Part shown: positions 52,043-61,969 of the stretch, one piece after another
Layout of the letters: every line of letters starts with the position of its first letter
How positions within the stretch are numbered: the stretch's first letter is position 1
Source of the DNA: Candidatus Nanoarchaeia archaeon
GTDB lineage: Archaea; Nanobdellota; Nanobdellia; Pacearchaeales; GW2011-AR1
Direction: 5' to 3'
Assembly (NCBI GenBank): GCA_028713045.1
Contig: JAQTOY010000001.1
Location: forward strand, 1,523 to 65,522
DNA length: 64,000 nt
The notes under the pieces: model-generated
The model's input: only the letters and a program-made list of their open reading frames with translations
Database searches by the model: none
Told to the model about the DNA's origin: nothing
Translations under genes and position numbers: made by a program

Positions 52043-53020
52043 TCATTTCCAATTTACTTCCACCATATCAGTCCTTTCTCTTGGATTAATATCTAAATTC
52101 TTGAAGTTTTTTACATCAACTTTTATTCCATAATTAAACATTATTTCTCCTAAGTAAGCTATCATGGCTCCATTGTCAACAAGCAAAGAGTTTGGCGGAC
52201 AGAAAAAATTGCATCCTCTTTCACTGCACATTATCCGGCACATCTCTTGCAACCGGGTATTGCAGGCGACACCCCCTCCTAATAAAAGCTCTTTTTTTCC
52301 AGTATGAGCTAATGCTCTTTCACTTGCTTCTATCAACATTGCAAATGCAGTCTCCTGTAGAGAATAGCATAGGTCATTGACAGATGTTTTTTTATCATAT
52401 TTTTGTTTTAGATTTGTGAGTAAGCCGGAAAAAGCAACATCCATGCCTTTTATTGAATAGGGTATTTCAATATATTTACCTGATTTTGCTAACTCCATAA
52501 TTTTAGGTCCTCCTGGAAAGCCTAATCCAATGTGTCTTGCAAAATTATCAATAAAATTTCCAATTCCAATATCAAGGGTTTCACCAAAGACTCTGTATTT
52601 TCCAGCAGCATAGGCTATTATCTGGGTGTTTGCTCCAGAAGCATAAAGGAGAACGGGATCTTTTGCTCCTGTAATTCTTCCAATTTCAAGATGTGCAATA
52701 CAATGGTTTATAGGAATAATTGGAACATTTAAATCAGTTGCTTTTTTCTTTGCAAATTTCATTCCTTCAAGAAGGCAAGGAGCTAAACCAGGGGCCTGTG
52801 ATATCGCAATTGCACAAATGTCTTTTTCATTTATTTTGGCTTCTGCCAAGGCTTTTTCATATACTTTTTCAGCGCAATCATGATGATGTTTTGCGCTTTC
52901 CATTGGAATAATCCCTCCTTTTTCAGTGGTATAGCTATCTTTCACATTACAAAGAATTTTACTTTCTTTAACAATTCCTATTCCAAAAGTGTGTGCTGTT
53001 GATTCTATGCCTAGTATCAT
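52043..53020 (-). CDS. kae1: tRNA t6A synthase Kae1 (Kae1/TsaD/OSGEP family)
   Basis: ILGIESTAHTFGIGIV N-terminus, HCIAHLE metal-binding motif, ASKH fold. Confidence 0.9.
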   Translation of the reverse strand: MILGIESTAHTFGIGIVKESKILCNVKDSYTTEKGGIIPMESAKHHHDCAEKVYEKALAEAKINEKDICAIAISQAPGLAPCLLEGMKFAKKKATDLNVPIIPINHCIAHLEIGRITGAKDPVLLYASGANTQIIAYAAGKYRVFGETLDIGIGNFIDNFARHIGLGFPGGPKIMELAKSGKYIEIPYSIKGMDVAFSGLLTNLKQKYDKKTSVNDLCYSLQETAFAMLIEASERALAHTGKKELLLGGGVACNTRLQEMCRIMCSERGCNFFCPPNSLLVDNGAMIAYLGEIMFNYGIKVDVKNFKNLDINPRERTDMVEVNWK

Positions 53021-53072
53021 CGTAAGAATTAGAATTAAAGTTTATTAAAGATTATGGTTAATAGATTTAATC

Positions 53073-53276
53073 TTAATGAGGTCTGTAAAGAATTCCTTGA
53101 TTATTTGAAGTAGATTCATAAGCAAATAAAGGCCTTCCCTCTTCTTCAGCAGCAGCCTCATTTGAACATGCAGGCTCAGATCTTCCATGATTCCATCTTT
53201 TTCTTGCTCTCGCCACCATTCTTACAAGAGAACCTTCTTGAAGACATTGATTTAATAAATTTTCAAACTCATCCAT
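53073..53276 (-). CDS. hypothetical small protein
   Basis: 67-aa ORF with GC-rich codons; no motif. Confidence 0.2.
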   Translation of the reverse strand: MDEFENLLNQCLQEGSLVRMVARARKRWNHGRSEPACSNEAAAEEEGRPLFAYESTSNNQGILYRPH

Positions 53277-53329
53277 AATTAATCAGACTCTTTAATTATT
53301 TATATAGTTTTATATTTTAAAAAGTATAT

Positions 53330-54067
53330 TTATTCGCTCCAAATTCTATTTGCCTCATTATAGGCATCTATTGTTCCAATATCATATAATCTGCCTTCAA
53401 ATAAACACCCATGAACTTCATCATTCTCACAAAAATGTTTTATAAGATTGCCAATTTTATCAACATCTTTCCCAGATTTTTTATATTCTGAAATTTTTGG
53501 AACTTTTTCTCTTGGGAATATATACACCCCTATACTTTTGATGTTGGATTCCGGGTTTTCTGGTTTTTCTTCAAAAGCCATAATCCTTGAACCAGATATT
53601 TTGACAACTCCGTGCCTTTTTATTTTTTCTTTGTCATTTTCAAGAAATATTCCATTCACAATTTTTTTTCTTTCATTGAAGATATCTATTGCTTGATTTA
53701 ATGAAAAATCAAAAAGATTATCGGTATTCAAGACTATTATATCATCATCTACTTCTGCTTTTTCCAATCCATATATGAGATCTCCAACAGTTCCAAGCTT
53801 TTCAGTTTCATCATTTGTCGTGTCATTTAAAATTTCTATCTTTTTAGAAAATTTTCCCTTATTTTCTGTATTCCATTTTATAAACTGATTATAAAACTTG
53901 TTATTTGAGACTATTATTATTCTATCTACCTGGTTTATATCTTCTATTTTTTTTATTACATATTCAATTATTGGCTTTTCTTTAACCTTCAACAGAGCCT
54001 TGGGCTTATCCAATGTCAAAGGATACATTCTTACCGCATAGCCTGCAGAAATTAACATTGCTTTCAT
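53330..54067 (-). CDS. sugar-phosphate nucleotidyltransferase
   Basis: N-terminal MLISAGYAVRMYPLTLDKPKALL matches the NTP_transferase G-x-G-x-R-L motif. Confidence 0.8.
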   Translation of the reverse strand: MKAMLISAGYAVRMYPLTLDKPKALLKVKEKPIIEYVIKKIEDINQVDRIIIVSNNKFYNQFIKWNTENKGKFSKKIEILNDTTNDETEKLGTVGDLIYGLEKAEVDDDIIVLNTDNLFDFSLNQAIDIFNERKKIVNGIFLENDKEKIKRHGVVKISGSRIMAFEEKPENPESNIKSIGVYIFPREKVPKISEYKKSGKDVDKIGNLIKHFCENDEVHGCLFEGRLYDIGTIDAYNEANRIWSE

Positions 54068-54351
54068 AAGATTATATAAAACGCATTATATTTAAATATA
54101 CTAAGCAAAAAAAGATAACTACCCTCTTTAGGATATAGATTATTTTACCTCTTTTTTAGCTTGGTATCCTAAAAATAAGTGCCTGTAATGAACTCGTACT
54201 TAAAACTGCGGGTGGCACATTGTTTTTTTGATATACGAAAATTACCCGAACAAAATTTAATAACATAAAAAATTATTAAAAATAAAAAATAGAAAATATC
54301 ACCTCTCTATCCCCAGAAGATATGAATATAATTTTTCAACCTTCTCAAAAA

Positions 54352-54474
54352 TTATCTTTTTTTCTTTTTTCCGCCTCTTGCCATCTTTGCCTCGCAAACA
54401 TTTCCTTTACCATCTACATAGTAAAGATATCCTGGCTTTCTTTTAACAGCGTTTTTTACAATAACTGATCCCAT
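54352..54474 (-). CDS. small basic protein (40 aa), hypothetical
   Basis: MGSVIVKNAVKRKPGYLYYVDGKGNVCEAKMARGGKKKKR; strong SD aaaggagg lies 5-7 nt upstream; not in the ORF track. Confidence 0.35.
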   Translation of the reverse strand: MGSVIVKNAVKRKPGYLYYVDGKGNVCEAKMARGGKKKKR

Positions 54475-54599
54475 ATTAACCTCCTTTATGTTTGATTATG
54501 AAATAATTAAATTTATTTAATCGAATATAATTATATTAAAATACATAATTAAGTATTTAAACCTTTCTAATCACCGACGGCAAAATTTTCCGTCGAGTG

Positions 54600-54932
54600 T
54601 TACTTTTGAATTAATACTTTTAGCAGGCCAAAATTCACGTCTCCCTCTGGAATTTCCAGAAGTTTGTTGAATTTTTCTTTTGGTTTTAAAGAAATCTTCC
54701 AAGGTTTCACGTACCTAATATCAATAATTTTTTTTTCGTCAAACCAAATCGCAATGAAGGGAATGCAAAAAAAAGAATGTATCGCCTGCCTGTTCAATTT
54801 ATCAAACAAAAAAAGCAAGGGCTTGCTTTTTTTTCTGAACATAATCCCTCTTGCCCTTGAAAAATAATTATCACAAATTTCTGCATCAATATTAAAGTTT
54901 TTTCCTTTGTAATTGAAATTAAATTGAGCCAT
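54600..54932 (-). CDS. DUF192 (COG1430) family protein
   Basis: RARGIMFRK...IPFIAIWFDEKKIIDIRYV...LEIPEG pattern; likely start at MAQFNF (ATG 54932). Confidence 0.5.
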   Translation of the reverse strand: MAQFNFNYKGKNFNIDAEICDNYFSRARGIMFRKKSKPLLFLFDKLNRQAIHSFFCIPFIAIWFDEKKIIDIRYVKPWKISLKPKEKFNKLLEIPEGDVNFGLLKVLIQK

Positions 54933-54972
54933 TTTTATATAGTTTTTTAAATTAAATATTATTATTAAACTT

Positions 54973-55434
54973 ATGGAAAATAAAAAAATAATTGTAAAAG
55001 AAACAAAAGATATGGGCAATGGAGTACTGGCTATTGATAATATAAAAAAAGGAGAGATAATCGTAGACTTTTCTGATGGAATAATTTATCAAGCAGAAAG
55101 AGCATCAGAACTTCCAGATGCTGTTAGAAATCACGCCATTCAGTTTGAAGAAAATAAATGGATAGATACCACCGGAATTGGAAGATATTTTAATCATTCA
55201 TGTGAACCAAACTGCGGTATTAAAGGTAAATTTCAAATTGTTGCTATGAGGGATATAGGTAAAGGAGAATGGCTAACTTTTGATTATGAGATGACTGAAA
55301 ATTCAGATTGGAGAATAGAATGCAAATGCAATTCAAAATCCTGCAGAAGATTAATTGGAGCTTACAAAAATATGCCTTCAAATCTTAAAAAAAGATATAA
55401 GGATTATACTTCTCAATACTTAATTAACAATTAA
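54973..55434 (+). CDS. SET-domain lysine methyltransferase
   Basis: RYFNHSCEPNC with FDY and a post-SET Cys cluster ECKCNSKSCRR. Confidence 0.8.
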   Translation: MENKKIIVKETKDMGNGVLAIDNIKKGEIIVDFSDGIIYQAERASELPDAVRNHAIQFEENKWIDTTGIGRYFNHSCEPNCGIKGKFQIVAMRDIGKGEWLTFDYEMTENSDWRIECKCNSKSCRRLIGAYKNMPSNLKKRYKDYTSQYLINN

Positions 55435-55437
55435 AGA

Positions 55438-55950
55438 TCAGAACCACCATTTCTTTTTTAGAGTTTCCATTTCAACCCTTTCAGAAACTTCCCTGGCTTT
55501 TTCAGAGCCCTCTCCATTCAATATTGAATTGACAAAACCTTCCTTTTTCTTTAAATTTATATATTTCTGGAACATTATTTCAACATTCTTTTCATGCACA
55601 ACGTCGTGATGGATGAAACCCCCTCCGAAAGTTTTGGGAATGTGCATAAGCTCATGAATTAAAGTTTTAGTTTTTTCAATTTCAGTCATTTTGTCAAATC
55701 TTCTTGAGATGACTTCAATAACATAAAATCCCTTTCTTCCCAAGGCCAATTGCATTGCTTTCCCAAGTGCATGGCATCTTGCTATTGTGCCTCTTGATGA
55801 ACTTCCATGGCTTCTTAAACATACAACAGAATCAAGTTTTACATGAGGAAACAGCAATTCTGCTATTTCATTAACCTGCTGCTGCAAATCTTCTGCTAAT
55901 TCATATTGAATTCCCATTTTATCAACTTTTTTAAACCTTATATTAATCAA
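55438..55950 (-). CDS. putative HExxH zinc metallopeptidase
   Basis: LIHELMHIPKTFGGGFIHH motif; 170 aa. Confidence 0.45.
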   Translation of the reverse strand: MINIRFKKVDKMGIQYELAEDLQQQVNEIAELLFPHVKLDSVVCLRSHGSSSRGTIARCHALGKAMQLALGRKGFYVIEVISRRFDKMTEIEKTKTLIHELMHIPKTFGGGFIHHDVVHEKNVEIMFQKYINLKKKEGFVNSILNGEGSEKAREVSERVEMETLKKKWWF

Positions 55951-55962
55951 TAATTTAAAAAT

Positions 55963-56388
55963 CTATTGGGAGAGAGGTGGAGGATCGCCTCGCTTCCACC
56001 AGTCATCAGTATAATCTTCAACGTCATCATATTCATCTTCACATGCAGATTCTAGTTCATTTACTTCATCAAATTCGTCTTCGCAATATCTAAAAATAGA
56101 TTCCGATACTTTGAGAATTTTTTCCATTTTTTTCCCTTTAGAACAAAGTTTTCTTAATTTTTTTAGCCTTTTATCAGGTATATCTACAACATAAACATCC
56201 CAGTTTCTCTCTTCGAGTATTTCTCTGCTTATTTTTCCTTCCTTTAGTAATAAGGTCATTCTAGCTAAAAAACTAGGATCAAAGCGAAAATTTACTTCAT
56301 TGCGGGTTAAGGAGTCATATGCAAATAAATTAAATGGCACATATAAAAAATATCTACCAGTATTGCTTTCACAAAAATATCCGCGCAT
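55963..56388 (-). CDS. hypothetical protein with acidic C-terminal tail
   Basis: 141 aa; C-terminal E/D-rich segment. Confidence 0.3.
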   Translation of the reverse strand: MRGYFCESNTGRYFLYVPFNLFAYDSLTRNEVNFRFDPSFLARMTLLLKEGKISREILEERNWDVYVVDIPDKRLKKLRKLCSKGKKMEKILKVSESIFRYCEDEFDEVNELESACEDEYDDVEDYTDDWWKRGDPPPLSQ

Positions 56389-56396
56389 GTTTATTT

Positions 56397-56609
56397 TTAT
56401 TGATTTATTTCAATAATCTTATTCCTACTTCTAGCCCCTTTAATAATATTTATATTTTTTTTGAAATAATCTTTTAATAGCTTCAAGAGTTCTATATTCG
56501 CTCGATTATCTTCTGGAGATTTTTTCAGATAAACCTTATATTCAGCTTCAGAGATTTTTATTATCTCCTCTCTGCCAGATTTTGGGAAAACTTTTATTTT
56601 AATTATCAT
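56397..56609 (-). CDS. DUF167 (YggU/UPF0235) family protein
   Basis: KIKVFPKSGREEI...DNRANIELLKLL...GARSRNKIIEI follows the DUF167 pattern. Confidence 0.55.
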   Translation of the reverse strand: MIIKIKVFPKSGREEIIKISEAEYKVYLKKSPEDNRANIELLKLLKDYFKKNINIIKGARSRNKIIEINQ

Positions 56610-57475
56610 AACAATCTCTTATATTTTTCCAAATTTTTTAAAACTTTTTCAGGGGTTAATTTTTGCAACTTTTTTACAGTATCTTTCTTGTTTAAATCTT
56701 CAATTGAAACAGGAACACAGAGCCCGTCATAAGTCTGCCAGTCTTTGATATGCAATGAAAAAGGGGTTCTGGCTAATTTTCCAGATGGAGTATTGGAACT
56801 ATCTAAAATAATGAATTTTTCAGATTTTTCATGTCCTGCTGAAACAGGAATGTTAGTTTCATTTGTTATTTCTTCAGCCCATTTCGTTATGAAACTTTTT
56901 TCTTTCCTCATCCCGTAGGAAAGATATTTATTGTAAAAATTCAGATTGATTCTTTTATTTAGTAATATAATAATATGAAAACTCCCTCCAGTCCATAGAA
57001 CAATTGTTTTTTTGATCCTAATCTTTTGATTAAAATCTCTGTCTTTTTTAATCAAATTAATAAGATTTAATGCAACAATTCCTGCTTCTTCTGGGCTATG
57101 TTTTTTCCTGTCAATATCAATAAAAATCCTTTCAATTGGTTTTCCAACTCTTTCACCATTGGTTGCGTAAAAAAACTGAACAAATTTTCTTGGAACGAAA
57201 TACTCCCAAATAAGAATCTGCTTTTCATTAAGCCTATTTTTAACATCTTTCAGGTGATTTTTTCTCAGAGATAGCATTTTTGAATCAATAGATGAAAAAT
57301 CCGCTATAAAAATTGGTTTTTTATTTGAACCCCTGTTCAAAAAGAATAACTTTTCAAGATGGACTTTTGAAGCAAGAGGTTTGTTTTTCAAAAACCCAGC
57401 AAGAGCAGGTGAAACTTTGGAATAATATGGTAAAACATCCAGCTCTCCGGTCACATATAATATCCCCTTTTTCAT
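56606..57475 (-). CDS. archaeo-eukaryotic primase (AEP) superfamily primase-polymerase, LigD-PolDom-like
   Basis: Motif I FIDIDR, motif II WTGGSFHIIIL (SGxxGxH-like), motif III FIILDSSNTPSGKLARTPFSLH. Confidence 0.55.
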   Translation of the reverse strand: MKKGILYVTGELDVLPYYSKVSPALAGFLKNKPLASKVHLEKLFFLNRGSNKKPIFIADFSSIDSKMLSLRKNHLKDVKNRLNEKQILIWEYFVPRKFVQFFYATNGERVGKPIERIFIDIDRKKHSPEEAGIVALNLINLIKKDRDFNQKIRIKKTIVLWTGGSFHIIILLNKRINLNFYNKYLSYGMRKEKSFITKWAEEITNETNIPVSAGHEKSEKFIILDSSNTPSGKLARTPFSLHIKDWQTYDGLCVPVSIEDLNKKDTVKKLQKLTPEKVLKNLEKYKRLL

Positions 57476-57525
57476 TGATTATAAAGGATAAAAATCTATT
57501 TAAAACTTGTTTAATTTATAAGATT

Positions 57526-58080
57526 ATGAAAGTTTATTTAGTACATGGATGGGGAGGAAGTTCAAAAAGTGAGGGATGGTTTGATTGGCTTAAAAAAGAA
57601 TTATCTACGAATAATATTGATTTTAAATTTTTTGATATGCCTAATACTAATTATCCTAAAATAAACGAGTGGGTTGAATTTTTACAAAAAAATATTAAAG
57701 ATATTGATAATGAAACTTATTTAATCGGGCATAGTATAGGTTGTCAAACAATTATGAGATATTTAGAGGATCTTCCTGAAAATCTTAGGTTTAGGGGCGT
57801 TATTTTTGTAGCAGGATGGTTTAATCTAATAAATTTAGAGACTGAAAAAGAAAAAGAAATAGCAAAACCTTGGTTAGAAACCCTGCTAAATCATAATAGG
57901 ATAAAAAAACATTGTAATAACTTTTTATCTATTTTTTCAGATAATGATGAATGGGTTCCATTATCCGATTCCGAACTGTTCAAGGACCGGCTAAATTCAA
58001 AGATAATAATCAAGCATAATGAAGGTCATTTTAATGAAACTAAGGAAATAAGGGAGATAATGTATTTTATTAAACAATGA
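57526..58080 (+). CDS. alpha/beta hydrolase (RBBP9/YdeN-like serine hydrolase)
   Basis: LVHGWGGSS...IGHSIGC (GxSxG) ...HF; likely start at MKVYLVHG (ATG 57526); the upstream part of the ORF-track ORF overlaps the AEP gene. Confidence 0.65.
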   Translation: MKVYLVHGWGGSSKSEGWFDWLKKELSTNNIDFKFFDMPNTNYPKINEWVEFLQKNIKDIDNETYLIGHSIGCQTIMRYLEDLPENLRFRGVIFVAGWFNLINLETEKEKEIAKPWLETLLNHNRIKKHCNNFLSIFSDNDEWVPLSDSELFKDRLNSKIIIKHNEGHFNETKEIREIMYFIKQ

Positions 58081-58298
58081 ATAAATTAAGTTCTATTTTT
58101 AAAAATCAAAACTTTTACATAGCAGTGATTTCCCTAGTCATATTTTTATTTACATTAATAAAATATCTTCCATTGGTAATTTTAGGAGTATCTATTGGGG
58201 AGGATATGGCAACGCCAATAATAGTTTTAGTCCTATTGGGTTCTTTAGTTTCTTTAATAATCTCATTAAAGAATATAAATGCGAATAATCATCTTTAA
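58077..58298 (+). CDS. small membrane protein, hypothetical
   Basis: 73 aa with two TM helices. Confidence 0.3.
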   Translation: MNKLSSIFKNQNFYIAVISLVIFLFTLIKYLPLVILGVSIGEDMATPIIVLVLLGSLVSLIISLKNINANNHL

Positions 58299-58322
58299 AA
58301 ACTAGGGGCATTATTTATTAAA

Positions 58323-58937
58323 ATGAAACTAATATTTATCGGTCCTCAAGGTTCTGGCAAGGGAACTCAGGCAGAAATAATCTCCGAGGAACTTGGTATT
58401 CCGCATATTTCAACTGGAGATTTATTCAGGGAAGCTGAAGGCGAAGTAAAAGGACAGGTTGATTTATATATGCAGTCTGGAAAATTAGTTCCAGATGAAC
58501 TTACCTTAAAAATATTGAAACAAAGGATTTCCCAGCCGGACTGCAAAAAAGGTTTTATACTTGATGGTTTTCCAAGAAATATAAATCAGGTAAACCTGTT
58601 AAAAACAATAACAGAGATAGATAAGGTAATTGAAATAACTCTTTCAGATTTTGAAGCATTAAAAAGGCTTGAAGGCAGAGTCAGTTGTGAGAAATGCAAA
58701 GAAGGATACAATCTTTTTACAGAGCCAAAGCCAAAAAACCCACTTCATTGCGACTTATGCGGAGGAAGGTTGGTCAGAAGAGATGATGATAATGAGCAGG
58801 CAATAAAAAAAAGATTAGAGATTTATCATAAGGAAACAGAACCAATCTTAAATGAGTATAAGGATATTTTGATAAAAATCAATGGCGAGCAGAACATTGA
58901 GAAGATAACTCAAGATATTTTGAAGGCTTTAAGATAA
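58323..58937 (+). CDS. adk: adenylate kinase (long bacterial type with zinc lid)
   Basis: P-loop GPQGSGKGTQ; LID with CEKCKEGYN...CDLCGG. Confidence 0.9.
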   Translation: MKLIFIGPQGSGKGTQAEIISEELGIPHISTGDLFREAEGEVKGQVDLYMQSGKLVPDELTLKILKQRISQPDCKKGFILDGFPRNINQVNLLKTITEIDKVIEITLSDFEALKRLEGRVSCEKCKEGYNLFTEPKPKNPLHCDLCGGRLVRRDDDNEQAIKKRLEIYHKETEPILNEYKDILIKINGEQNIEKITQDILKALR

Positions 58938-59055
58938 CTTGTGGTAATTTATTACTAAGAATATATCATTAATGTTATGCAGTAAGAGATTTGGATAATA
59001 AAGCGAGAGATGTTTCAATCATAGACAATTTGTTCCAAACCTGGGTAATGAAAGA

Positions 59056-61836
59056 TCAATTATTCATTAAACACTCTTCAACAGCTTTTGGATTTATCTT
59101 CTTGTGCAATTCTTTTTCCAATTCATCAACTGAGATTTTATCTCCGAATTTATTCTTGATTTCTAGGATGGATTCCTGAATTATTTTCTTGTATGCATTC
59201 TCTTCAATTTTTTTCTTCTCTTTTATTGAAGCTTGAGCTCCTGCCAAACGCGCAATTGGTACTCTGAATGGTGAGCAGGATACATAGCTCAAACCTATTT
59301 TATAACAAAATTCAATTGTTTCTGGATCTCCTCCATGTTCTCCACAAATTCCTAGTTTGAGGTTCTGCCTTATTGGTTTTGCTTTTTGGATTGCAATTTT
59401 CATAAGTTCTCCAACACCCTCTTGGTCAATTGTTTCAAATGGGTCTCTTTTATAGATTCCTAGCTCAACGTATTCTTTTAAGAATTTTGCAGAATCATCT
59501 CTTGAGAAACCACATCCCATTTGTGTTAAATCATTTGTACCAAATGAAAAAAATTCTGCCTTTTCAGCTAATTTATCAGCAGTGACTGCTGCTCTTGGGA
59601 CTTCTATCATGGTTCCGACTTTGTATTCAATTACGATATTGTTTTCTTTCATAACTTTCTCAGCAGTTTCATCAACTATTTTCTTTTGATGTTCAAATTC
59701 CTTTAAATTCCCAACAATTGGAATCATCACTTCAGGAATAATAGATTTTCCTTCTTTTATCAGTTCTGCAGCTGCTTCAAAAACCGCTCTGGATTGCATT
59801 TCAGTTATTTCTGGAAAAGTAATCCCTAATCTGCAACCTCTATGCCCTAACATGGGATTAAATTCATGTAACTCTTCGGTTTTTTCTTTTAAAAGTTCTT
59901 CACTAACACCCATTTCCCTTGCTAATTCTTGAATTTTATCTTTTTCTTTTGGCAGAAATTCATGCAGAGGAGGATCTAAGAATCGGATTGTAACAGGCAT
60001 TCCATTCATTATCTGAAATAAAGAATAAAAATCTCCTCTTTGCATTGGAAGCAGTTTAGCCAGTGCTTTTTCTCTTTCTTGTTTGTTATTTGATAAAATC
60101 ATTTCCCTCATTGCTTTTATCCTTGACTCCTCGAAAAACATATGTTCGGTTCTGCATAATCCAATTCCCTCTGCTCCGAATTTTACAGCGGTTGAAGCGT
60201 CTTTTGGAGTGTCAGCATTGGTCCTTACGCCAATTTTTCTATGCTCGTCTGCCCATTGCATTATTTTTCCAAAATTTCCAGATAATGCAGGTTCAACTAA
60301 CTCTAGTTTTCCTAAAAATACCTCTCCAGAACTTCCATCTAAAGTTATAAATTCTCCTTCTCTAATTCTCTTTCCATTAATTTCAATTATTTTTTCAGCT
60401 TCATTTATAATCAAATCTGAACATCCTGCAACACAGCATTTTCCCATGCCCCTTGCGACTACTGCAGCATGGCTAGTCATTCCGCCCCTTCCAGTTAAAA
60501 TTCCTTGCGAAGAATGCATGCCTTCAATATCTTCGGGGCTAGTTTCAAGTCTTACTAAAACAACTTTCTCTCCTTTCTCAGCCCATTCATAAGCATCTTC
60601 TGCATTAAAAACAATCCTTCCAACAGCAGCCCCTGGGGATGCAGGAAGTCCTTTTGTTAATAATTTCCCGTTTCTTTTTGAATTATTGTCAAGTTGTTTA
60701 TGCAATAGCTGGTTCAAGGAACTTGGTTCTATCCTTAATAAAGCAGTTTCCTTGTTTATCATGCCATTTTCAACCATTTCAACAGCAATTCGTACGGCCG
60801 CAGGACTCGTTCTTTTTCCATTCCTTGTTTGTAAAATGTAGAGCTTACCTTTCTCAATTGTAAATTCAATATCTTGCATATCCCTATAATGGTTTTCTAG
60901 AATTTTTCTTATGTTAATTAATTGAAGATAATTTGAAGGCATTACTGTTTCCAATTCTTCAATTTTTCTAGGAGTTCTTATACCTGCGACAACATCTTCT
61001 CCCTGAGCATTCATTAAAAATTCTCCATAAAACTTGTTTTCTCCTGTTGAAGGATTTCTAGTGAAACAAACCCCTGTTCCTGAATCCTCCCCCATATTTC
61101 CAAAAACCATTGATTGTATATTAACGGCAGTCCCCAATAATCCAAAAATATTATTCAATCTTCTGTAAGTTATTGCCCGATCATTATTCCAGGAATTAAA
61201 AACAGCATCAATGGCCATATCTAACTGCTCATGAACATCCGAAGGAAACATCCGGTTAGTTTTAATTTTTATCAGTTGTTTGTACATTTCAACCAATTTT
61301 TTCAAATCCTCAGAATTTAATTCATTATCAAATTTTACTCCTTTTTGCATTTTTGTTCTTTGAAGTATCTCCTCGAAAAATTTATGCTCAACTCCCATAA
61401 CAACATCTCCAAACATCTGAATAAATCTTCTGTAAGAATCGTAGGCAAAGCGGGAGTTTCCGGTTTTAATTGATAATCCTTCAACAGTCTCGTCATTTAA
61501 GCCTAAATTTAATATAGTGTCCATCATCCCAGGCATTGACGCTGCTGCTCCGCTTCTAACAGAGACTAATAATGGATTATTCCTCTCTCCTAATTTTTTT
61601 CCAGTGTCTCTTTCTAATTCATTTAGTTTTTCAAGAATCTGTTCCTGAATCTCTTTGGATAATTTTTTGTTGTTTTTATAATAAAACTCACATGCTTTGG
61701 TAGTTATTGTAAAGCCATTTGGAACCGGCAAGCCTATAGAAGTCATATCCGAAAGAAACGCCCCTTTTCCTCCAAGCAATTCTTTCATCTCTTTATTTCC
61801 TTCTTTAAATGAATAAACAAATTTTTCAACAACCAT
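59056..61836 (-). CDS. ppdK: pyruvate phosphate dikinase
   Basis: 926 aa; N-terminal ATP-grasp (KFVYSFKEGNKEM...GGKGAFLSDMTSIGLPVP), phosphohistidine domain GGMTSHAAVVARGMGKCCVAGC, C-terminal PEP-utilising TIM barrel. Confidence 0.9.
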   Translation of the reverse strand: MVVEKFVYSFKEGNKEMKELLGGKGAFLSDMTSIGLPVPNGFTITTKACEFYYKNNKKLSKEIQEQILEKLNELERDTGKKLGERNNPLLVSVRSGAAASMPGMMDTILNLGLNDETVEGLSIKTGNSRFAYDSYRRFIQMFGDVVMGVEHKFFEEILQRTKMQKGVKFDNELNSEDLKKLVEMYKQLIKIKTNRMFPSDVHEQLDMAIDAVFNSWNNDRAITYRRLNNIFGLLGTAVNIQSMVFGNMGEDSGTGVCFTRNPSTGENKFYGEFLMNAQGEDVVAGIRTPRKIEELETVMPSNYLQLINIRKILENHYRDMQDIEFTIEKGKLYILQTRNGKRTSPAAVRIAVEMVENGMINKETALLRIEPSSLNQLLHKQLDNNSKRNGKLLTKGLPASPGAAVGRIVFNAEDAYEWAEKGEKVVLVRLETSPEDIEGMHSSQGILTGRGGMTSHAAVVARGMGKCCVAGCSDLIINEAEKIIEINGKRIREGEFITLDGSSGEVFLGKLELVEPALSGNFGKIMQWADEHRKIGVRTNADTPKDASTAVKFGAEGIGLCRTEHMFFEESRIKAMREMILSNNKQEREKALAKLLPMQRGDFYSLFQIMNGMPVTIRFLDPPLHEFLPKEKDKIQELAREMGVSEELLKEKTEELHEFNPMLGHRGCRLGITFPEITEMQSRAVFEAAAELIKEGKSIIPEVMIPIVGNLKEFEHQKKIVDETAEKVMKENNIVIEYKVGTMIEVPRAAVTADKLAEKAEFFSFGTNDLTQMGCGFSRDDSAKFLKEYVELGIYKRDPFETIDQEGVGELMKIAIQKAKPIRQNLKLGICGEHGGDPETIEFCYKIGLSYVSCSPFRVPIARLAGAQASIKEKKKIEENAYKKIIQESILEIKNKFGDKISVDELEKELHKKINPKAVEECLMNN

Positions 61837-61969
61837 TTTTTAATCACTTTATTAATATAAAATTATAGAATTAATTTATAAACATACTTGAATCTAAAAA
61901 CATATTTTATAAAATAATCAATAAAAAGAGATTCAGCAGTTTTTTAAATTATCCTGATTTAATCAGAAT

